A DNA stretch of 45,218 bases from Candidatus Hodarchaeota archaeon (lineage in GTDB: Archaea > Asgardarchaeota > Heimdallarchaeia > Hodarchaeales > Hodarchaeaceae), in contig JAEOTM010000159.1 of NCBI GenBank assembly GCA_016839815.1, forward strand, positions 1 through 45,218. The letters are read 5' to 3'. The stretch's first letter is position 1; the number at the start of each line of letters is the position of its first letter. The position numbers were made by a program, and so were the translations under genes. Below the pieces are notes generated by a model, which did no database searches, was not told the DNA's origin, and worked only from the letters and a program-made list of their open reading frames with translations. Positions 28,167 to 37,246 of this stretch are shown in pieces.

Positions 28167-30659
28167 ATGAAGTATTTTAAATTATTCTTACTAGCTGCTG
28201 TTATTCTAGTTTCTAATGTAATATTATTAGAAACTTCAAATACACTAAAAAATTCAACAATAGAGCAGAACGCTAGTTTATCAATTCAAACTGATAGTTA
28301 TTTTGATTTATTATCGTCTAATGATTCATGGATTGAATATACTGTTGACAGTGATTCAGATATCTTAATAGACTATTTAAACATTAAATTGGGAATAACC
28401 GCCCCAGACTGGCTTCAAATCTATGGAATCCTAAAGGATCCAGCTGGGAATTGGATTGGGTACACTGTGAATGAAACTGTGGAGTCTCCGACAGAACAGG
28501 AAATCACACTTTCTTTTCCTGGTGATACTATCTATGCTTCTGGATACAGCGGAGTATACCTCTTATATATTATGATTACTGGACCTGAAAGTTCTCCTTA
28601 TGCGGAGAGCACTCGTTTAATGTATCAAACGAATAATTATAATTATGTTCAATTTGAGCATCCAACAGGGATTATCTTAGGATTTGACGATTATGGTGTG
28701 GATACTGATAACGATTCTCTTTATAATGAGATCCACGTCGATTTTTATGTCGATATCAGTGAAGCAGGGATGTATGCTGTTGGAGTAATGCTAAATGGCC
28801 ACGACCCCTTCAATGAGTCGGAAGTACAACACGTAGGAATGGGAATGGCAGATTTACCCAGTGGAGATAATCAAACGATTATCGCAATAATTCCTACTCA
28901 GTCTTTGTATATTGACAGAATGAGTGGCCCCTATTCTCTTGGTTTTGTGTATATGATGAAGTTAACCATTGATTATGAATCGAAATTTCAACATTTTATA
29001 TATGATTACGGATTTACACAGGCGTATAATTACCAGCAGTTTGATCCTGCATCCGCATTCTTTACAGGGGCAATTTTTGATTCCCCTCTAGATACAGAAG
29101 GGGATTCCAAATTTGAGGGAGTAGAAATTCTTGTAGAATTGAATATTTCCGAACCAGGTAACTATAGAGTGGAAATGAATTACCAAATTGTGGATAAAAC
29201 TTTTTATATCGATAAAGAGATCAATTACTCATCTGGATTGTATAATGTCTCCTTTTTCATCTCTGACACAAGAATTTACGCACAGAAATTAAATGGATCT
29301 ATAGAAGTCATTCAATTATATCTAATAAACTCAGACTACGAAACTATGCACCGTTTGAATCCGAATTATAAGACAAGGAATTATCTATATACTGACTTCA
29401 ATTCACCTGGCCTTTTATTGACAGATCGCTTTTTCGATACAGGTGTAAATACGGATAACGATTCATTCTTTGATCAATTGAAAATATCAGTAGAAGTCAA
29501 CGTTACTATTAATGACACCTTTATGTTTGATATTTCACTAGGTGAGCCTGTAGGAAAGTGGACATACAACACCACTTACTTAGAGGTTGGAATTCATAAT
29601 GTATCCTTTTATTTTAGCATGAATGATCATTATCAAAAAGAACTTAATACCTCGTTCGTAGTGGAACATTTGTCAATCTCAGTGGAGGATATGGGCATGC
29701 ATGAAGAAATTTATTACGCTTGGGATGTATATACGACCAGAATCTATTACTTCACGGAATTTGATCGTCCTTCTATAGTTTTTACTCAGAATTTTTGGGA
29801 TTATGGACTCGATCTCAATAATAATAGTCTATTCGATGTTTTGGTCATTGATGCAGAAGTAGAAGTCTTTGAGGCCGATAATTTCCTTTTCTATGGTGAT
29901 ATTAAGACAAATAGCGTCCCGATTAGCTATTTTTATTACACGAATCTTCAAGAATATTTCGAACCAGGCATCCATACTATATCTTTTATTTTTTCCAATG
30001 TCGCCCAAGAACGACTGAACTGTTCCTACCACTTGAATGCAGTTTCAGCACGAAATAGTGAATTCGACCTTATGGCTGAGGTCAGTGACCCCTATGATAC
30101 CGCATTTTATTACTATACTGAATTTGAACACGCAACTGTTTCTGTAGGAAACTTCGAGGATTTTGGATATTCTAGTTTTAATACGAGTACGTTCGATGCG
30201 ATAATTGTAGCCTTTGATATAACCTTTAGTCAATCGGTAGAGGATTATACCGTTGAAGTATTTGCGGACACCACATCATTAAGTTATGGTTTTGGCCAGT
30301 CTCTTCACGGTTATTTCCCTGCAGGAACAACACGAATAGATTTTGGATTTGATCCTAGAACAATGGACGTATCTTCATGGGAAACATCATTTGAGATATC
30401 AGTTAGAGTATTAGATTCGAATGAAAACACTATTTATGAAGAATGGAACCTTTATACAACGAGAACATATTCTTACACAGAGTTTTTAGAATTTTCTACG
30501 ACAACGACGACCACACATTCTCCTGAAGATACTACTACAACTACGACAACCACAGATGAGGAAACCACTCCAAAACCAGGCTTGACACCCGGATATACAT
30601 TCTGGTTTGCCCTTTTTGCCATTTTCACCATCCCCTTTATTAAGAAAAGAGGTAGCTAA
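28167..30659 (+). CDS. Large surface protein with about six 120-aa Ig-like repeats, poly-Thr stalk and PGY anchor
   Basis: Repeats begin DxGxDxDxDxxFxxL and end YxTxxYxYxxFxxP; TPGYTFW + TM + KKR. Confidence 0.85.
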   Translation: MKYFKLFLLAAVILVSNVILLETSNTLKNSTIEQNASLSIQTDSYFDLLSSNDSWIEYTVDSDSDILIDYLNIKLGITAPDWLQIYGILKDPAGNWIGYTVNETVESPTEQEITLSFPGDTIYASGYSGVYLLYIMITGPESSPYAESTRLMYQTNNYNYVQFEHPTGIILGFDDYGVDTDNDSLYNEIHVDFYVDISEAGMYAVGVMLNGHDPFNESEVQHVGMGMADLPSGDNQTIIAIIPTQSLYIDRMSGPYSLGFVYMMKLTIDYESKFQHFIYDYGFTQAYNYQQFDPASAFFTGAIFDSPLDTEGDSKFEGVEILVELNISEPGNYRVEMNYQIVDKTFYIDKEINYSSGLYNVSFFISDTRIYAQKLNGSIEVIQLYLINSDYETMHRLNPNYKTRNYLYTDFNSPGLLLTDRFFDTGVNTDNDSFFDQLKISVEVNVTINDTFMFDISLGEPVGKWTYNTTYLEVGIHNVSFYFSMNDHYQKELNTSFVVEHLSISVEDMGMHEEIYYAWDVYTTRIYYFTEFDRPSIVFTQNFWDYGLDLNNNSLFDVLVIDAEVEVFEADNFLFYGDIKTNSVPISYFYYTNLQEYFEPGIHTISFIFSNVAQERLNCSYHLNAVSARNSEFDLMAEVSDPYDTAFYYYTEFEHATVSVGNFEDFGYSSFNTSTFDAIIVAFDITFSQSVEDYTVEVFADTTSLSYGFGQSLHGYFPAGTTRIDFGFDPRTMDVSSWETSFEISVRVLDSNENTIYEEWNLYTTRTYSYTEFLEFSTTTTTTHSPEDTTTTTTTTDEETTPKPGLTPGYTFWFALFAIFTIPFIKKRGS

Positions 30660-30708
30660 GTCTATCTCTTTTTTTAAATGATCCTAGTATCTCTGCAATA
30701 AGACTTCC

Positions 30709-31332
30709 TCAATAACGCCCTGTAAATCCTCCTAATGTTACACCCAAAATCGTATTACACTTCTGACAGAGTAGGAAATCATAACCCGTGTACCCGATTT
30801 CTTGCTTGCCAATATTCCTGTCAGAAGCAGATCTACGGCTTATAGGAACATCAATTCTCAAAGCTAAGATGTCCTTGGTCCAAGCTGTATCTCGAGAATA
30901 GTCCAAAGTAAGTGATTCACGACAATGAGGACAAAATAAATGATCTGGGTAAGAAATTCGTTGTCCATCAGTCGTTCTCGTTGTTCTTGGAGGATCACGC
31001 ACTCCTAAAATTCGATGCAATTGATTTCTAGCCTGTTTGACAATTCCAACACTTCTCCAAGCAGGGGGAATACCTCGTGTACTAGAGACGGGATACTTTT
31101 CGCTCAAAGTTAAACATGCTAAGTCTTTTTGTATTCTTTGGCCCAATACAGTTTCTTGTTGATAGTATTGACTGGTGATTCCTTCATCTCCAATGACACA
31201 CAACATAACTGAACATGGTTGAATTAAATCTCTGAGATACTCCTCAATATCTTCCATCTCTGAATCCGCGTGTTTTTTTGGGTCATATTGAACAAGAAAC
31301 CACCATGCATTCTTAATTTCATCGAATAACAA
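30709..31332 (-). CDS. TIR-like (ThsB/MTH538-type) domain fused to a C-terminal C4 zinc domain
   Basis: IEEYLRDLIQPCSVMLCVIG...SQYYQQE matches the TIR alphaB-betaC-alphaC pattern with the catalytic-position Glu; CPHC...LLCQKCNTILG; frame stays open upstream as IHPISFSDYF. Confidence 0.55.
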   Translation of the reverse strand: MLFDEIKNAWWFLVQYDPKKHADSEMEDIEEYLRDLIQPCSVMLCVIGDEGITSQYYQQETVLGQRIQKDLACLTLSEKYPVSSTRGIPPAWRSVGIVKQARNQLHRILGVRDPPRTTRTTDGQRISYPDHLFCPHCRESLTLDYSRDTAWTKDILALRIDVPISRRSASDRNIGKQEIGYTGYDFLLCQKCNTILGVTLGGFTGRY

Positions 31333-31391
31333 AAAGTAATCAGAGAATGAAATAGGATGAATTTAAATTGAACCTACTAAAAAAAGCAGAT

Positions 31392-31679
31392 ATGAAAAAA
31401 TCAAAGTTAAATGAGTATAAAATGACAATTGAAAGGCTTGAAAAGGATATATGGATGCGAGGGCAATCATTTTGGATTATCTTCATGATTGAGATTGCAA
31501 TATACTTTCTTTCAATATTATCTACTAATTCTGCTATCTCAAGATTTCTAGCGTTTCTCTTTGTACTTCTAGGAGGAGCTATGTTTTACTTATTTTATAC
31601 AACTCTCTTTACTTTAATCCCCAAACGAATTCATCTGAGTGAAGAAACTATATTGACTTTGGTCAATGAATTACAGTAG
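31392..31679 (+). CDS. Small 2-TM membrane protein
   Basis: Charged N-terminal helix, two hydrophobic segments, C-terminal helix; ATG 31392 or TTG 31368. Confidence 0.7.
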   Translation: MKKSKLNEYKMTIERLEKDIWMRGQSFWIIFMIEIAIYFLSILSTNSAISRFLAFLFVLLGGAMFYLFYTTLFTLIPKRIHLSEETILTLVNELQ

Positions 31680-31732
31680 AAGTTCATGATTAGGTTTATC
31701 CGACAAAGAGAGGTAATGAGAGTCAACGTAAA

Positions 31733-32887
31733 ATGAAACGTAAATTAGAAGAAGAGATTGAGAAGTGTAGACGAGCTATTGACTTGGATGCTTCTGATAT
31801 CGACGCTTACATCAAGTGGGGAAATGCTTTAGATGATTTGGGGAGATTCGAGGAAGCGATGGAAAAATATCAACATGTAATTGATCTGGATGCTTCAAAT
31901 GTCACCGCTTATACCAACTGGGGAATTACATTATTTGAATTGGAAAGATTAGAGGAAGCACTTGAAAAATTTCACAAGGTGACTGCCATGGATGCTTCCT
32001 ATACCTCCGCTAATATCAATTGGGGAACAACCTTAATTAGATTGGGGAGATTAGCCGAAGTTGTTGAAGAATTTCAAAAACTGATTGATCTGGATGCTTC
32101 TAATGCTGACTTATATTTAATCTGGGGTGAAATGTTAGAAAAATTAGGACGACCAAAAGACGCAATAGGGAAATATGAACAAGCAATTAACTGTGATGCT
32201 TTACATCCTAGGGCTTATGTGAGTTGGGGCCTATCCTTAGTTAGAATGGGTAATTCAGAAGCGGCAATTGAGAAATTTCAACTAGCGACTGACCTAGATC
32301 CTTCTCAAGCTCTCGCCTATTCTGGCTGGGGAGTTGCCTTAACTAAATTGAACAGATCAAAAGAAGCAATTGAAAAATTTCAACTAGCGACTGACCTAGA
32401 TCCTTCTCATGCCCTCACCTATGTTAACTGGGGGATTGCATTAGATAACTTGGACAAACCACAAGAAGCAAATGAACAATATCAGAAAGTTATTGCTCTG
32501 GATCCTTCTTATAGCAACACTGCTATTGACTGGGGAAGTATTCTACCACGAGTGGGGAGACATGAGGGAGCGATTAAAAAATCTCAGCAAATTCTGGATG
32601 GCAATCCCTCAGTTATGACGGCTGCAAAAGCTTATTTTACCATGGCTTGTAGCTACGCGCTGTTAGATGATTCTTTGAATAGTCTCCGATGTTTAACCCT
32701 CGCAATCGAGAAGCAGACATCGTTAATTCTGAATTTTCAACGCTCTACACACCGAGGGGTTAACTTCAAGTCTCTTCGTCACATACCCGATTATAGACAG
32801 TTAGCAAAACAGGCATCAAGTTTTGATTCTATTCGTGACTTACCCGAATTTCAAAAGCTCGTCGAAAGCCCAAACTGGACCAGATGA
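31733..32887 (+). CDS. Tetratricopeptide repeat protein (about 9 TPRs)
   Basis: 34-aa AYxxWGxxLxxLGRxEEAIEKFQxAxDLDPS repeats; C-terminal AYFTMACSYAL...F..IRDLPEFQKLV cap. Confidence 0.93.
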   Translation: MKRKLEEEIEKCRRAIDLDASDIDAYIKWGNALDDLGRFEEAMEKYQHVIDLDASNVTAYTNWGITLFELERLEEALEKFHKVTAMDASYTSANINWGTTLIRLGRLAEVVEEFQKLIDLDASNADLYLIWGEMLEKLGRPKDAIGKYEQAINCDALHPRAYVSWGLSLVRMGNSEAAIEKFQLATDLDPSQALAYSGWGVALTKLNRSKEAIEKFQLATDLDPSHALTYVNWGIALDNLDKPQEANEQYQKVIALDPSYSNTAIDWGSILPRVGRHEGAIKKSQQILDGNPSVMTAAKAYFTMACSYALLDDSLNSLRCLTLAIEKQTSLILNFQRSTHRGVNFKSLRHIPDYRQLAKQASSFDSIRDLPEFQKLVESPNWTR

Positions 32888-32970
32888 TCAATCGAAAGTT
32901 AAAAAGACTTCTTCGATTATCTTTTCTTTTTGTGGATGATTATGGGATAAATAGCGATAAATGCGATAGT

Positions 32971-34320
32971 TTATCTCTTGATAACTCCTTTTTTCCTCCG
33001 AGCGCATATTAAGACTGGTAGTGCAGCAAGAAGTGGAAGTATATTCAATCCTACAGAACCCCTAGAAAAGGTGATAGGCCCTGTATTTATCAACCATATG
33101 TCAGACTGACCCGCACCATATGAAAATGTCGAACCTATTAATAAAAATGTATTGTTAGAGATCTGAAGAAATCCCCCTAAACTTTCATCTTTAGAGCCAC
33201 CATACAGTTTACTCCCTAGATGATACCCAGTTGGGTCGGTTTTTACCAAATATATATCATAATTGTTATTAGTATATGATCTTCCGCCTAGGATAAATTC
33301 ACCACCGACAGTTTGCAAAAGAGCCCGCGCATCATCATCCCTCGGACTTCCATAGGTCTGACTCCACTGAAAGACACCATTTTCATCTGTTTTCACGAGC
33401 CACATATCATAATCCCCAGAAGAATTCGTTGTTCCAGCCAGGGCAAATCCACCATCAATTGTTTGAATGCAATCTTCAGCACCTTCACTTTCTCTCCCTC
33501 CATACGTTTGATTCCATTGTAACGTGCCATTTGCATCCGTTTTCATAAGGTACATATCTGGTAGATCCTCTTTATTGAAATTAATCCATCCTGCCAACAC
33601 GAAACCCTCGTCTAGAGTTTGAAGAAGATCACAGGCGCCTATATTATGTCCTTCTTCTTCATATATTTGATACCAGATGACAGAACCATTTATATCTGCT
33701 TTAATCAACAATATTCCTGCGGAAAAACCAGGCCCCCCATCAACAGGCAGAATAGCAGAGCTATATAGGACAATTTCTCCAGTTGAGGTTTGAACAATTG
33801 AAAAACCGAAGATGGGCGGGAAAAAATACCAGTCAAAATCATAATAGAATTGATTCCATTCGAGTGATCCATTCATGTCGGTTTTAATCAACCATATTCC
33901 AGTATTACACGAACAATTTGAAGTAGACTCGGTGTATCCCCCGAATAGAAATCCACCATCCTTTGTTTGAACGATGTCGGTACAATAATCCACCCTATCT
34001 CCCCCATACGACTGATTCCATTCGACATGTCCATTGATATCAGTTTTGATAACCCACATATCCTGTGTCCCAGTTCCATACGAAGAGGTACTCCCAGCTA
34101 GAGCATATCCACCATCTGTGGTCTGGATTATTGCAGAACCAAATTCATAACTTTCTCCTCCGAACGTGGTACTCCACGCCTCTTCATTCACGATTTCGAC
34201 GGTATTGCGTATTTCTCCTCCAACTTTTTCAGTAATAACTGCACCAATACCATACAAAATCATTGAAATGAGCAAGAAAACAATAATCCATCCAAAGAAT
34301 CCTTTAATTCCTCTAGCCAT
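32971..34320 (-). CDS. Secreted beta-propeller repeat protein with C-terminal TM anchor
   Basis: About seven repeats of WxQTYGG...IQTxDGGFxLAG...DMWLxKTDxNG. Confidence 0.88.
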   Translation of the reverse strand: MARGIKGFFGWIIVFLLISMILYGIGAVITEKVGGEIRNTVEIVNEEAWSTTFGGESYEFGSAIIQTTDGGYALAGSTSSYGTGTQDMWVIKTDINGHVEWNQSYGGDRVDYCTDIVQTKDGGFLFGGYTESTSNCSCNTGIWLIKTDMNGSLEWNQFYYDFDWYFFPPIFGFSIVQTSTGEIVLYSSAILPVDGGPGFSAGILLIKADINGSVIWYQIYEEEGHNIGACDLLQTLDEGFVLAGWINFNKEDLPDMYLMKTDANGTLQWNQTYGGRESEGAEDCIQTIDGGFALAGTTNSSGDYDMWLVKTDENGVFQWSQTYGSPRDDDARALLQTVGGEFILGGRSYTNNNYDIYLVKTDPTGYHLGSKLYGGSKDESLGGFLQISNNTFLLIGSTFSYGAGQSDIWLINTGPITFSRGSVGLNILPLLAALPVLICARRKKGVIKR

Positions 34321-34450
34321 GGTTTACACCTAACTTTACACAAATCAATTTTGGAGGGAGTACAGTTTCCATTGTCTCCACTCCTGTATCTCTCATCTCT
34401 TGTGTCCTCCTTTCCAAGTATAAAAAGGTTTATTCCTGTAGAAGCTTTAG
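34119..34450 (-). repeat. Duplicated promoter + leader + signal-peptide cassette, copy 1
   Basis: Colinear with 36676-36995; 130 bp of upstream DNA align without gaps; one 12-bp indel in the coding part. Confidence 0.9.
34419..34435 (-). promoter_or_regulatory. Archaeal BRE + TATA promoter
   Basis: Minus strand gaataaacctttttata, identical at 36964-36980. Confidence 0.75.
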
Positions 34451-34727
34451 CAGTCCTCTAAAGACTTAGAATTTTCGAGAAAAATGATCTACGGAAAATA
34501 CAAAAACGTTCTAAGACTAAGTTAAAAAGAATTTAGTTTCCATTTCTGATTTATACCAAAACAGTATGAGAGAAAGCAATTTACTCGGGAGAAGTAGATA
34601 GTTAGGAGATAGCGGATAAAGTTCTGCAATCGTTGGCCTCATAAATAAGGAAACTCCTTTTAACACAGATGCCTCATAAATCTATAGTTTTGATAAAAGG
34701 AGGACCCCTCAAATTCAAGATAGCCAA

Positions 34728-35288
34728 ATGATACTGAAAGAACAATTGGGGAGTTATGATAACATCAAGTGGATTGGGAGTACAAATCCTGAAGATTCAG
34801 TCAAAATATGTGCCATTTGTCGAGGAAAAGTGTACGAAGAGAGTAATCTAATTATTTGCCCTTTCTGTACTTCAGCTTATCATGGTCATCATCTTGCAGA
34901 GTGGTTATCAATAAACAACCATTGTCCGATGTGTCGAAGAGGATTCAAAGATTTCATTTTGGATCTCGAATTCCATGCAAGCCAAGAACGCTCTCCTCAA
35001 ATATCTCGGGTCTCCCCAATTCGTAATTCTCATGCATATCGGAAATATAACCCCAGATCGACTGCTGTAATTACACGAGGGAAGTACAACAACGAGTTCC
35101 AGAGAATTAATGCAGAGGATCATACACCAGAAAGAAAATTACGATTAATTAGTGCTTTAGTGGTATTCTGGATCTTTCTGGTTAGTGAGAATACTCTTCT
35201 TGCACTTTTTGCCTCAATTTTTTTTGTACCTCTTATTATCTATGTTTTCCTTGAATGTCTTCGTCAAAAAATGTATTATAGATCTTAA
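34728..35288 (+). CDS. RING-finger protein (C4H2C2-like) with C-terminal TM hairpin; putative E3 ligase
   Basis: CAIC-x12-CPFC-x4-HGHHLAEWL-x5-CPMCR followed by two hydrophobic segments. Confidence 0.82.
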   Translation: MILKEQLGSYDNIKWIGSTNPEDSVKICAICRGKVYEESNLIICPFCTSAYHGHHLAEWLSINNHCPMCRRGFKDFILDLEFHASQERSPQISRVSPIRNSHAYRKYNPRSTAVITRGKYNNEFQRINAEDHTPERKLRLISALVVFWIFLVSENTLLALFASIFFVPLIIYVFLECLRQKMYYRS

Positions 35289-35350
35289 ATGCTTAGGATA
35301 TACCAATTATTTTGTTTTAGTAAAAAGAAACTCTATATTATGGAAGTGAT

Positions 35351-36865
35351 CTACTTTTTTTGTTTTACTTTACTGGGAATAAGAGAAAAGGTAATTAGCG
35401 TTACTAGACATAGAAATGTAAATCCTGGAGTTGATTTATCCGTACTGGTGATTGACGTTGTGGTAACTGTTGAAGTTTCTTTGACATCGTTGTTGATGGT
35501 AAACTTTTCGCCTATCACACTCTCTGTAATTAGTCCTCCAGAACAGGAAGCAACAACTTTGACTAAGTATTCCCCATTTGTTAGCGTTGTTGTGTCCCAT
35601 TGATAATTTGTGTCTGTTACCCCCGAATCAATCAGAATCCAGGATGTGCCGCTATCCCCAGAATAAAAAATTGAATACTCCACTGTATGACTCCTGAAAG
35701 AATCATAAGCAATCCAACTGATGGTTATTGTTCCTGAAAGGTTCTCATCACCAAGAGGAACTATTAATGGTTGGGAAAGAGTATGAAGGTCAGAGTTATA
35801 CGGGATGGTCACTGGGTAAGGATCAGTATTTGCAACTGATCCAATAATGATGTATGCTTGATCTACAATACCACTCGGTGCTATATCATCTGGAGATGTC
35901 CACTCATCCCAGAAATTATATTCAATTAAATTACAAACGATGGGATTTGGAACAGAGTAAATTCCATTGTCATAGGCTTGCGGCCCGTACCTCTCATTAT
36001 TTCGGACGAAATCATTTCTTGTAACTGTATTAAACCTCCCTGATAAAGAAAAAGCTATTCCATAACCTGAATTCTCACAAAACATGTTTTCTGTTATTAC
36101 ATTATCCAGACCACTAGGCACCTCAATACCAGCACCATTCATGTAAATATAATTCCTTGACAGTGTATTGTTATGAGAATACAGATAAATTCCATACCAC
36201 CTATTATTGACAACTGTATTATTGATGATAACATTAAAGTTTGAATCAGGTGTCATTCTAACACCCACATGAGAATTATTGGAGATAATATTGTTTGAGA
36301 TGACATTTTCTACAGAATAACTCAAAGAAATACCGTCCAAATTGTAGGAAATAACATTAGATGAGATATTAGCGTTTGTGACATTAATTAGGCTAATTCC
36401 TTGTTGTAAACTATCGACGTTTTTTTCTCCCTTCAAGAAACAGTTTCTAATTTGAAAAAATACAGTGGTATTCTGGATTTGTATCTGATGATTAAGAGGA
36501 TCGGTAATATTTAATCCTTCAATGATATATGGATGGGTAACATTGCCGCTGTGTAATCCCTGAACGTCCCAGCATCCTTCTGCTTGAGCGTGAAAATCAT
36601 CATCGCTTATAATTGTGATATTGTCGTGTACAGTATATGAAGAAGTGAGTTTCGATTTCATTAACGCTCTTTCCATGGTCTGGATCACTGCAGAACCATA
36701 ATCATATTTTATTCCTCCGAATGGGGTACTCCACACCCCTTCGGTAGTATTTGGTACTTTTCCTCCAACTTTTTCAGGACTACCTGCTCCTATACCTAAA
36801 AAAATCATTGGAATGAGCAAGAAAACGAGAATCCATCCAACTGATCGCTTAATCATTCTATCCAT
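35351..36865 (-). CDS. Secreted NosD beta-helix + Ig/FN3-like protein with PGF anchor; chimeric N-terminus
   Basis: Paralogue of 10121..12634 (HPYIIEG, NFWDEWTSPD, KVVASCSGG); first 63 aa are homologous to the 32971..34320 protein. Confidence 0.9.
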   Translation of the reverse strand: MDRMIKRSVGWILVFLLIPMIFLGIGAGSPEKVGGKVPNTTEGVWSTPFGGIKYDYGSAVIQTMERALMKSKLTSSYTVHDNITIISDDDFHAQAEGCWDVQGLHSGNVTHPYIIEGLNITDPLNHQIQIQNTTVFFQIRNCFLKGEKNVDSLQQGISLINVTNANISSNVISYNLDGISLSYSVENVISNNIISNNSHVGVRMTPDSNFNVIINNTVVNNRWYGIYLYSHNNTLSRNYIYMNGAGIEVPSGLDNVITENMFCENSGYGIAFSLSGRFNTVTRNDFVRNNERYGPQAYDNGIYSVPNPIVCNLIEYNFWDEWTSPDDIAPSGIVDQAYIIIGSVANTDPYPVTIPYNSDLHTLSQPLIVPLGDENLSGTITISWIAYDSFRSHTVEYSIFYSGDSGTSWILIDSGVTDTNYQWDTTTLTNGEYLVKVVASCSGGLITESVIGEKFTINNDVKETSTVTTTSITSTDKSTPGFTFLCLVTLITFSLIPSKVKQKK

Positions 36866-36995
36866 GGTTTACACCTTACTTTGAGATATTTGATTTATAT
36901 GGGAACATTGGTTACACTGTCTCCCCGACAATGTCTCTAATCCTGTCTGTCCTCATTTCCAAGTATAAAAAGGTTTATTCCCTTAGAAGCTTTAG
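36676..36995 (-). repeat. Duplicated promoter + leader + signal-peptide cassette, copy 2
   Basis: See 34119-34450. Confidence 0.9.
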
Positions 36996-37246
36996 AATTG
37001 ATCCCTCAATGAGAACAGGCCAATGTCAGGAAAATTTTTGCATATTTTAGTTGATCTATATCTAAGTTCTAGTAAAATAGAACCTAAAAGTTATATACAG
37101 GTTTAATTCTCTATTATCTCAAGATATTGAATTAATTTACTAGAGTAGATGAAAGCCCAGAGCTCTGTGATTTAATATTTGAATTAGATGCTAAAAAAAA
37201 TGGATTGAATGTATATCGCTTAATAAGAACAGAAAAGTGTTTGAAG

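Noticed and set aside
34636-34681. 11-bp direct repeat gcctcataaat upstream of the first RING gene
   Set aside because: Only two copies and absent upstream of the paralogue; cannot be separated from chance
35289-35603. 104-aa plus-strand ORF
   Set aside because: Antisense to the NosD gene's Thr-rich C-terminus
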